This document shows positions 37,034-45,318 of a stretch of DNA of 64,000 nt, piece after piece. The DNA lies in IMG/VR virus record IMGVR_UViG_3300020567_000066, positions 7,121 to 71,120 of that record. The stretch is one strand, 5' to 3'. The translations under genes were made by a program, and so were the position numbers. This DNA is from a virus. Its lineage: Duplodnaviria > Caudoviricetes. The notes under the pieces were generated by a model that was not told where the DNA came from, did not search any database, and was given only the letters and a program-made list of their open reading frames with translations. Numbering within the stretch: the stretch's first letter is position 1; every line of letters begins with the position of its first letter.

Positions 37034-38056
37034 TTATGGCCAGAATACTTTTTCAATGATTGGACAGATTACAATTTTCTGAGACATTCTAAAAATCTCT
37101 TCTGCTTGAACAGGATCACTCTCTATAAACACTTTACAACAAGATTGAACAAAGTGTTTCACTTTGTGATCAATTATTGCTTTTATATCTAGTGGACTGT
37201 AATTATCTGGAAGCATATATAGTTTGCTATACTTTATTCCTAATTGTCTTAGCATATCTTCTGTTACTTTTCTTTCACACTCTCTTCTTCCAGTACATAT
37301 TTCAATTGCATGCTTTCCTCTTGGTGCAATGTATGGAAATCTTCCATAAGGAATATTATGCTTTCTAGTAAATGGCTCATCAACAATAATTATTCCATCA
37401 AGATCAAACATTATGCCACAGTTTACTAATCCTCTTGATATTGTTCCATCAACAATTGGGCTGTTGGCAAGATTCCACTCCAGGAAGTGAACAACATCTA
37501 GTATCTGGTAACAGAAGTCAATAAACCTTGTTCCTGGAGTTGAGGAATATATTGCACAATAATCTGCTTGTATTCCTTTACTATGAAGAAGTGGCTTCAA
37601 TCCACTAATTGTTCCACCACTACCAACTGTATCATCAACTACAAGAAGTTTACCATAATTACTTCTATGTAAGAAGAATCCTCTATAATTGAAATTGTTT
37701 AGTTCTCTGAGTTGATTATCTCTTCTGTCAAAGACAAACAGTGGGATATTAGTAATCGTTGAAATAATTGATGCTGGCATTAACCCTGATCTTGGAATAC
37801 CAATAATACCAGCATAATTTCTTGATGCAGCATATGTGGCTAATGCAACAGAATCTTGAGCTAATTTTCTGATACTTACCCATTCACCAATCATTCTATT
37901 TGGATTTAGAACAGTGCAAGATTCACTTTGATATGAGTTTTGATTTTTTTGATTGAGTTGTTGAATTGTGTCTTTTGATTGTTCTAAGATTTTCTCAATG
38001 AGCTTGACTTTATCTATGTCTTTTAGTAGGCTTTCTAATGCAGTGCTCATAAGCAA
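37034..38056 (-). CDS. type I phosphoribosyltransferase fused to a HAD-like domain
   Basis: GIPRSGL, PRPP loop LVVDDTVGSGGT; HAD motif MFDLDG, CTGR, VFIESD. Confidence 0.8.
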   Translation of the reverse strand: MLMSTALESLLKDIDKVKLIEKILEQSKDTIQQLNQKNQNSYQSESCTVLNPNRMIGEWVSIRKLAQDSVALATYAASRNYAGIIGIPRSGLMPASIISTITNIPLFVFDRRDNQLRELNNFNYRGFFLHRSNYGKLLVVDDTVGSGGTISGLKPLLHSKGIQADYCAIYSSTPGTRFIDFCYQILDVVHFLEWNLANSPIVDGTISRGLVNCGIMFDLDGIIIVDEPFTRKHNIPYGRFPYIAPRGKHAIEICTGRRECERKVTEDMLRQLGIKYSKLYMLPDNYSPLDIKAIIDHKVKHFVQSCCKVFIESDPVQAEEIFRMSQKIVICPIIEKVFWP

Positions 38057-39831
38057 GGATTCTCTATTCTTGCTTCAAATCTTGCATCTTCTATATTTCC
38101 GCTCGCTATTATTATAGTAGAGTCACTGCCCTTTTTCATTAGAAATGTTTTGATAATAGAGTGATAATTTAGAGTCAGTATTACACCTTGACCATTCTGT
38201 AGATTGACATTGACAGCAAGCTGTTCTCCTCTAGACATCAATACTGATGCCCAAACTTGTGTGTCAACTCTTTGAATATTTCCAGCAAAGTCTAGTCTTC
38301 CATTGTGATCATAAACTGTTATAAGTGTTGCTAGATTTGTTTTGTTAGAGTTTGTGCAATAAACTCCTACTTCACTTCCCATTGTTGATTGTCCTCCATA
38401 TATACTTGTTGATTTTTGTCTCTCTTCTTTTTCTTTTCTGCTTATAGTTTTTGTGGCAAAATTGAGTCTTGTTGAGAATGCAGATAGTTTGTCTTTTAGA
38501 TAAACATCATATATGTTTTTTCTTTCAATGTTGTCTATGTCAATAAGATTATCCGAAAACATTTCTGTGACTGTAACAAATAGTGGTTGTTTGAAGACTG
38601 GATTCAACAAATCATCTGCAATGATTATTTTGTTATTGTTTGCAATTAGGAATTTGTTTCTGTTTCTTTCTGATCCTATAAACTTATAGGAGTTATTTGA
38701 TTGCACCATTTTTCCATATTCTAATCTTTCATCATGAATTTGATCTTTTGCTATTGCTTCTATGTTACCAAAGTTATCAACTACAAACATTGGAGATAAA
38801 TAACTTCCTGGAGAGTTGTTGTATTTAGATGCTACAAAAATATTTGCTGAGTAAGATGAATCAAATTCATTTATAAAAGCAACACTTTTGGAAACATTGT
38901 TGATGTCCAATTTATATGTTTCATCAACAATTTCTGTTGAGTTTATAAAACTGGCCTCTTTATTCCAGTATGAAGGAAAACCTTCTGAAAGATTATCATA
39001 CTGAGAAAATGCTGATCTTCTATAATCAACACTGTTTCTTCCAGTTGATTCTATGATTTCGTATATTGGAACCATGATATGTGGACTTAGAGTAGTTTGA
39101 TTGTTTTCTGGTAAATATCCTATGATTAATGGTATTGGAGAAAATGTTTGAAGTGTTCCATTAGACAATCTTCTTGATATTGATACAAAGGTTGGAACAG
39201 TAATATACTCTAATCCAGACATTGGAATAAACTTATATTCCTGTTCATTTTCATATGATACAAACAATATAGATGGTCTTTGCGCTGTTAGGTTGAAGTC
39301 TGTGTTGTATAGAACACTCTGTTCTTTTATGTTTAGTTTTGAGACATGTGATAGTGGAGAATCTTGACTGACAAAGCTTGCCATTGTTGGTAAATACTTT
39401 TCTATTCCCCAATGAAGGTTTCTAACATTGTCATTTGCTCTTCTTATTTCTTCTGATTTGTTGTATTCTTCAATCCATTGGTTTAGTTCATCTCCCCTTC
39501 TGTTAGAGACAAGATTTCCATTCTCAAAAGATACATCTGTTTTCTTGATTACAAATGGTTCTACATTTGTTTTTCCTAATCTTTTTGCATCATCAATAAT
39601 TCTAAGGATATGTCCCTGTTTTTCTTTGTCATTGGTGAGTATATTGACAAAAATAGAATCATCTAATTTTATTGGTGCAAGGAAATATGTTTTATTCTTA
39701 TAGTTTAGTTTTGTTTTGAGATTGCTAATTATTTGTTCAGCTATATTCCTTTCGTTTGATCTTGATCGTTTAAATGGTTTATCACTATCAAGTCTTACTT
39801 GTCTTCTCAGTAGTCTAAATGAAGCCCTCAT
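38047..39831 (-). CDS. hypothetical protein downstream of the portal (minor head/ejection protein candidate)
   Basis: 594-aa ORF; function inferred from position only. Confidence 0.5.
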   Translation of the reverse strand: MRASFRLLRRQVRLDSDKPFKRSRSNERNIAEQIISNLKTKLNYKNKTYFLAPIKLDDSIFVNILTNDKEKQGHILRIIDDAKRLGKTNVEPFVIKKTDVSFENGNLVSNRRGDELNQWIEEYNKSEEIRRANDNVRNLHWGIEKYLPTMASFVSQDSPLSHVSKLNIKEQSVLYNTDFNLTAQRPSILFVSYENEQEYKFIPMSGLEYITVPTFVSISRRLSNGTLQTFSPIPLIIGYLPENNQTTLSPHIMVPIYEIIESTGRNSVDYRRSAFSQYDNLSEGFPSYWNKEASFINSTEIVDETYKLDINNVSKSVAFINEFDSSYSANIFVASKYNNSPGSYLSPMFVVDNFGNIEAIAKDQIHDERLEYGKMVQSNNSYKFIGSERNRNKFLIANNNKIIIADDLLNPVFKQPLFVTVTEMFSDNLIDIDNIERKNIYDVYLKDKLSAFSTRLNFATKTISRKEKEERQKSTSIYGGQSTMGSEVGVYCTNSNKTNLATLITVYDHNGRLDFAGNIQRVDTQVWASVLMSRGEQLAVNVNLQNGQGVILTLNYHSIIKTFLMKKGSDSTIIIASGNIEDARFEARIENPCL

Positions 39832-39840
39832 ATTTGTTCC

Positions 39841-41355
39841 TTACCTCAATTGCTGCATTGGAACCTGCTGTTGTTCTAATTGTTGTTCTTCTTCTGTTTG
39901 CTCCTGTTGTCCCTGCATTGCCTGTTCTTGCATTGCAATTTGCTGTAGCAATGCTTGCATATCTGGTGTTAGTCCTTTAGACTGATTACCAGATGCTGAA
40001 GTGTATTCATCTTCTCTTGGCTTTATCAAGCCAGCAATATCACGAATCTGATTCTCATCAACTGCAATACCCATTTGAACCAGAGCAGAAGCAAATTGCA
40101 ACATTTGATTGGCATTTGATGGAGAGATAATAAACTTAAATGAAGGGTAGTATTCTTCTGGAAGTGTTGGCATTGTGTATCTACACATTGGATGAACAAT
40201 TTCTTTTGTAATTGTCTCAGAGATATTCTCTGCATCATACTTTATAACTCTTGTCATTGATTCATAATGAAGCTGGTAATTTGCCACAGAAGCCATTCCA
40301 CCTCTTACAATGAGTGGTTGCCCCAATATACAAGCTTGTATTACTGAGTCAAAGTATTCATTTACCATTGCCTCAAATAAGGATATTCCTGCTCCAGATG
40401 GTGGTATATGCATAATTCCAGGACCACCTTGTCCACCATCTCTTCTTCTTGGGAAGAGAAGTATATGTTGATTTTGTTGAGTTTTTACTGCTGTTTTAAC
40501 TTCTTCCATTGATGTTGGGTTTCCTTCCTCATAGAAGAATACTGTTAGACCATTGCTTCCAGTTAGTTGCAAATAGTCAATCATATAAGACAAGATTGTA
40601 GCCTTGAGATGCCATAACCAATATAATCTTGATCTTAGACCAACACCATGCACTACACCAGCTAATTCTCCATCAAAGAAGTCAGCATCTTCCTGTTCAT
40701 ACTTGGAAATAGCAAATTGAAGCCTATCTTGTGGGTCTTCTAACCAATAAACCATTCCCAAGTCTGTCTGTGATATTCTTGGATGTTCTGCTGGAAAGGC
40801 AGAATAGTTTATCATTATTCCAGGTGTTCCATCCCACTTGAATCTTATTTTATCTCCATTGACAGGAAGCCAGTGATGTATAGACAAAACTTTCATTCCA
40901 TTTCTTGATACAGTTTTCCACCCTATCTGTACTGCTGACTTTCCATACCAAATACACTCATCTAAAGCTAATATCATATTATTGAATCTTGGAAAGTCCT
41001 TGATTGCATTAGATATTGCTTTGAGGAAATTGTTATACTTTTCTATCAAGTTGGCAGGAATATCTTGAGCAGGCTCTAATTTCCAGGGCAATTGACTGAG
41101 AGCAATTTGTCTCATTCTAAGAGAGTAGTATACAATAGGGTCTCTTCTCATTGCCAAAGCATTAACCCTATTGTTTCTTAGTGCCTCATCAAATGTATAG
41201 CGATATGTTCTAGTGCCTAGGTTTACTAACTGTGAAAATGTTACATAGTGTGGAAGTGTGTGCAGAGTGGTAGGAATCTTATTGTCAATTTCCTTGACAT
41301 TTGGTGTTCTTAAACCATGTTCAAGTGGTTCTGGTGATATAGAATTATTGATCAT
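39841..41355 (-). CDS. portal protein, Mu gp29/DUF935 family
   Basis: MRRDPIVYYSLRMRQIAL..LPW, ECIWYGKSAVQIGW, GVGLRSRLYW, ACILGQPL, YDAENISET. Confidence 0.88.
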   Translation of the reverse strand: MINNSISPEPLEHGLRTPNVKEIDNKIPTTLHTLPHYVTFSQLVNLGTRTYRYTFDEALRNNRVNALAMRRDPIVYYSLRMRQIALSQLPWKLEPAQDIPANLIEKYNNFLKAISNAIKDFPRFNNMILALDECIWYGKSAVQIGWKTVSRNGMKVLSIHHWLPVNGDKIRFKWDGTPGIMINYSAFPAEHPRISQTDLGMVYWLEDPQDRLQFAISKYEQEDADFFDGELAGVVHGVGLRSRLYWLWHLKATILSYMIDYLQLTGSNGLTVFFYEEGNPTSMEEVKTAVKTQQNQHILLFPRRRDGGQGGPGIMHIPPSGAGISLFEAMVNEYFDSVIQACILGQPLIVRGGMASVANYQLHYESMTRVIKYDAENISETITKEIVHPMCRYTMPTLPEEYYPSFKFIISPSNANQMLQFASALVQMGIAVDENQIRDIAGLIKPREDEYTSASGNQSKGLTPDMQALLQQIAMQEQAMQGQQEQTEEEQQLEQQQVPMQQLR

Positions 41356-41683
41356 TTTGTTCTCCAACAAGTAGTGCAGCTATTATTGGTTCTATTGTTC
41401 TATATGCCTTGAATACCTTTTTTACACAACTATTAAGCTCTGCTCTTGCCTCTGTTAGTAGTTTGTCTACTTCCTCTTTCATCTCTCCACTGATCATGTT
41501 CAGTGCATCTTTCACTTTACTTTCTGGAAAATGTCTTGCTTTGTTGGTTGTTATCCATTTTGCAAATCTTATTGCAGTTTCTTCATCAACAGATGAATCA
41601 TCAACAAAACATTCAAGTAGTATCATCATAATTTTGGTGTTTTTTAGTATGTTTTTCAGATATTCCTCGTATTTATCAATCAT
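41345..41683 (-). CDS. hypothetical helical protein
   Basis: 112-aa ORF overlapping the portal start. Confidence 0.65.
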   Translation of the reverse strand: MIDKYEEYLKNILKNTKIMMILLECFVDDSSVDEETAIRFAKWITTNKARHFPESKVKDALNMISGEMKEEVDKLLTEARAELNSCVKKVFKAYRTIEPIIAALLVGEQNDQ

Positions 41684-42669
41684 ATTTCCTGGTACTCCAT
41701 TTCAATTCTTTTGGTAAAAGGATTAGCAAACCAAACACCCAGAAGATTTTCATCATTCTGGTTGCATGCACAATCAAAGTGTTTTAGTTCAAACATTGAT
41801 CTTTCTATTTCTGGAAGAACTTTTATGCTGCTTTTTCCTCTGAACATCATTGTCACTACTCTTCCCATGTCTTCTACTAGACATCTTCCCTTGATTCTTA
41901 CACTTGCATTGTTCATTCTTACTGTTATAACACAGTTCTTATTTTGAAACTTTCCTTTGGGTATACAGTCTGGGTATAGTCTATAGTGAAGTATTTGGTA
42001 TCCTCCATGATTATTATAATTTAGTATATGCTCTGGCATATATGATGGATATTGGTCAATAGTTTCTTTTGTGGTTATCCCAAACTCTGGCTTTTGATTT
42101 GATAGGAAACATGGTGAGGCTACAAACTTTCCAGATATTATTACATCAATTCTGTTTCTAAGCTCACTGTATCTGGCAAGTGAAGAGCAAAAATAAACTT
42201 TCCACTTGGTTATATCCTCAATCTTGAGTGCTTTTCTGTCTATATTTTCAATCTTGAATGCAAAGAAATTTGTGTTGTAAAATGCATTTTTGTTGATCAT
42301 AATCATTACATTTCCCAAATCTGATCTGAAGAAATTGCATTCATTGTCGTCAATATTTATTTTCTCAATTTGTTTCTTAGACAGAACAATGTAATTGTCT
42401 GGGTATATATTTCCAGATTCTGCATCAATTTGGATATTCTTTATTTTGTATATATTTATGTCAGATATGTTGTAAATAACTGGTGTAATATATATGTTTT
42501 TGTTATATTCAATAATCCATTTTGGTTTATCGTTGATGTAACTATAATAAATTGTGAGATTACTTTGTTTTCCCTTTGCTATTGGTTTTATATTTAGTTT
42601 ATTGACATCAATATTCTTGCTTTGAACTGTATCAAGAATTGTCTTGATGTAATCAGAAGGGATGTACAT
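41680..42669 (-). CDS. hypothetical protein
   Basis: 329-aa ORF, SD GGGAGGGG. Confidence 0.7.
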   Translation of the reverse strand: MYIPSDYIKTILDTVQSKNIDVNKLNIKPIAKGKQSNLTIYYSYINDKPKWIIEYNKNIYITPVIYNISDINIYKIKNIQIDAESGNIYPDNYIVLSKKQIEKINIDDNECNFFRSDLGNVMIMINKNAFYNTNFFAFKIENIDRKALKIEDITKWKVYFCSSLARYSELRNRIDVIISGKFVASPCFLSNQKPEFGITTKETIDQYPSYMPEHILNYNNHGGYQILHYRLYPDCIPKGKFQNKNCVITVRMNNASVRIKGRCLVEDMGRVVTMMFRGKSSIKVLPEIERSMFELKHFDCACNQNDENLLGVWFANPFTKRIEMEYQEI

Positions 42670-42717
42670 GATTACCCCTCCCCTTTATTAGAATTATAGG
42701 AAAATAATGGAGGAAAC

Positions 42718-44238
42718 ATGTCGCTATCCAATCCAAACTTCTTTCTGGAAATTGATTCTCCTTGTGTTGCTTTTTGGATTGCTATAAAGTCTGATGACTT
42801 CTTCTCCATTTTTGCCAATGCTTTGCTTCAGAGTTATACTTCTGGATTGAATACAGGTGAGTTTATAACAGAAACAACTAGACTTACTCAACTTGATTCT
42901 GAAATTAAGAGGATTCAAGGGGAGATAGAGAATCTGATGAATGAAAAAAAGGCACTGGAGAAGCAGTATTCTGAGGCAATACAATATAGAAGAACAATTC
43001 AACAGTATTATGATTCTGCATTTTATTATGTGGAGGGGTTGAAGAAGGAAGAAACTAAGATTTGGGAACAAATACAGAATGTAAATTGGAACATCACCAT
43101 TAACCAAAAACAATTACAAAATTACCAGAATCAATTTAATCAAATTGAAAGACAGTTGTTTGGAGATCGTGCATCTGGTTTACCATATTCTCCTTCTGGT
43201 ACATCAGCACCTGGCATCATAGAAACAAATCCTGGACCCAATTTATCTATTCCCGTGTACTCACAATTTGGTATTCCTCCAGGAAAGCCTCCTGGTTTGT
43301 ACAATGCTGATTATAACTTTGTAAACTTTGTGAAAAGTGCTATTTTCAGTTCAAGATATATATCAAGGAGTGGTTTTATAGGATTTTGTACAGAAGGAAT
43401 AAATGTTCAAATACATAATGGAATGAATGTTGAACATAAATATGGAATTGCTGATTATGAGTTTCCAACAATGAATAGGTTCTATAACAAGGGAAACAAA
43501 ATAATGGTAGAGTTTCATTGTAATATAGTTTCTTATAATGGTGTTTCTCAGTTTGTAGACCTGGTACAGAATAATGGTTTTCCTGTTCCAAGAAGATATA
43601 TGCCATATTATTCTGGTTCATCTATATTTGGTACTGGAGAATATCCTGCTGTCAAGTCAAATCTTGCTAGTGTTGTAGAGCCTATTGCAATGAAGACTAC
43701 ATCAACAGAATTAGATTACTTACCAAACTTTGGTGGAAATAGAAGGTTTGTTGTTGTGTTGTGTTTTAGTCTAATAAACAGAAGGTATAGTGGTGATAAT
43801 ATAAACAAATCTTGGGATGTTGTTCCAAAGTCTATTCCACCTCTTGACATTGATATAGCTCTCATTGATGTAAAGCCAGCTAATCCTATGAATTTCAAAG
43901 CAGGAGATTTTGAGCCAACATCTTTAGAGTGGATGATGTATACTGATGGAATAAATCTAGAACAATCTAGGATTGGTGTCCTGAGACAAAATAATAACAC
44001 AGTGATTGTTAATAATAAACATTTTGAGGTCAGAGAAAAGTTTAGGCCAAATATTGCTATCAAAGAGTTCAATGAACCAAACAAACATCAATATTCTGTT
44101 GTCTCTTCTAGCAACACTGAAGATCATCACATACTAAAACTAACATCAGGCAATACTCCACTTTACTTCCTTCTTAGAAACAAAACACCATTTTCTCTCT
44201 ATGGGTTTGTTGGCCAAAGACTAGCAAGCATGATATAA
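42718..44238 (+). CDS. tail-tube-like protein 3 with a coiled-coil insertion
   Basis: FIGFCTEGINV...YNKGNKIMVEFH resembles the two tube paralogs; heptad-rich segment at about aa 50-145. Confidence 0.45.
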   Translation: MSLSNPNFFLEIDSPCVAFWIAIKSDDFFSIFANALLQSYTSGLNTGEFITETTRLTQLDSEIKRIQGEIENLMNEKKALEKQYSEAIQYRRTIQQYYDSAFYYVEGLKKEETKIWEQIQNVNWNITINQKQLQNYQNQFNQIERQLFGDRASGLPYSPSGTSAPGIIETNPGPNLSIPVYSQFGIPPGKPPGLYNADYNFVNFVKSAIFSSRYISRSGFIGFCTEGINVQIHNGMNVEHKYGIADYEFPTMNRFYNKGNKIMVEFHCNIVSYNGVSQFVDLVQNNGFPVPRRYMPYYSGSSIFGTGEYPAVKSNLASVVEPIAMKTTSTELDYLPNFGGNRRFVVVLCFSLINRRYSGDNINKSWDVVPKSIPPLDIDIALIDVKPANPMNFKAGDFEPTSLEWMMYTDGINLEQSRIGVLRQNNNTVIVNNKHFEVREKFRPNIAIKEFNEPNKHQYSVVSSSNTEDHHILKLTSGNTPLYFLLRNKTPFSLYGFVGQRLASMI

Positions 44239-44253
44239 CAGGAGGAAAACAAT

Positions 44254-44556
44254 ATGAATAAATTTGAACTGTTCTATGAAAGAAATGGAAAGAAATATGA
44301 TCCTTTGGTATTGTGGTCAGGTCTTCTTCAATTGAGTAATGGAAATATTGAATTGTGGATAAAGAAGTGCATGGAGTTGAAGATGAAGCATGATAAAAAA
44401 GAGTGCACAAATGAAGAGTATGTTGACTTAAACAATCTCATAAAGAATATTGGAGAGATTGGAAAGGAAATATTCGCTGATGATGAAGAGAAGACGTTAT
44501 TTGTGTACTATAAGGATGTACTTGATTTTGTTTCCTGGTTGTCAAAAAAAGATTAG
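44254..44556 (+). CDS. tail assembly chaperone (gpG-like)
   Basis: 100-aa gene ending TCA-AAA-AAA-GAT-TAG, with the -1 frame open downstream. Confidence 0.65.
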   Translation: MNKFELFYERNGKKYDPLVLWSGLLQLSNGNIELWIKKCMELKMKHDKKECTNEEYVDLNNLIKNIGEIGKEIFADDEEKTLFVYYKDVLDFVSWLSKKD

Positions 44557-44807
44557 AGGGCAGAGCATTGGCCATTATGTCAGTGTTCTGCCCACACTTG
44601 GTTAATGAGGAGAATATGTGGCAATGTCTTATAAACATAGATGTTATGTTTCTTATATATGCTGCAAGAGAGAAACTATGCAATATAATTAATTTGAACA
44701 GTATTTCTAAAGTTGTAGAAAAAATCAATCCAAAATTAGCAAGTATACTTGTTGAAGCAGGAGAAAAAGTAAATGGAAGAAGAAAACATAATAACAGCAA
44801 TCAATGA
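44544..44807 (+). CDS. -1 frameshift extension of the tail assembly chaperone (gpT-like; track ORF 44568-44807)
   Basis: A-AAA-AAA heptamer at 44544-44550 leads without a stop into RLEGRALAIMSVF... Confidence 0.6.
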   Translation, partial: KKRLEGRALAIMSVFCPHLVNEENMWQCLINIDVMFLIYAAREKLCNIINLNSISKVVEKINPKLASILVEAGEKVNGRRKHNNSNQ

Positions 44808-45309
44808 ATCTTTATTCCACAATTTTGATTTTATAGAACCAATTGATTATCAGGATTCTGGTATTCAAGATGGTCTTTTGGAGGATGTTGACATAGTTAG
44901 ACCCTGGCTTTCTCATAGTCAAAGTGAAATGACATTTGTGAGTGAAATTATGACAAAAGATTTTATTACTGAAGTAAATATTACTCCTGTTGAGTTTTCT
45001 GATATTGTGGAGGATGTAGAGTTTTCAGAAGGAGGTCTTGGTCCAATGAATATTGAGGATGTTGGTTTTACTGATAGCAACATCCAATATCCTGAAAGTG
45101 AGATTAATGTTGATTATGCTTCTTCATCAGACAATTTTGTAAAAGATGTTGAGTATAGTGATGTTGTTATCCCAAACAAAATTGTTGAAGATGTTGATTT
45201 TCATAGACCAAATCATTCATTCCAGGAATCTGTATACAGAATTATGGGAAACTATTCTTATGTAGAATCAAGGATAACAAGAAAGAGAAACTTCAAGACT
45301 AATTATTGA
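44773..45309 (+). CDS. acidic protein with repeated (E/K)DV(E/D/G)(F/Y) motifs
   Basis: EDVDI, EDVEF, EDVGF, KDVEY, EDVDF. Confidence 0.65.
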   Translation: MEEENIITAINESLFHNFDFIEPIDYQDSGIQDGLLEDVDIVRPWLSHSQSEMTFVSEIMTKDFITEVNITPVEFSDIVEDVEFSEGGLGPMNIEDVGFTDSNIQYPESEINVDYASSSDNFVKDVEYSDVVIPNKIVEDVDFHRPNHSFQESVYRIMGNYSYVESRITRKRNFKTNY

Positions 45310-45318
45310 GGAAACAAC

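Noticed and set aside
31260-37045. Active invertible segment bounded by inverted repeats
   Set aside because: No inverted repeat seen at either junction and no recombinase recognisable.
32296-41355. Transposable Mu-like phage
   Set aside because: Head genes are Mu-like, but no DDE transposase or MuB is recognisable, and the virus has its own polymerase and primase-helicase.
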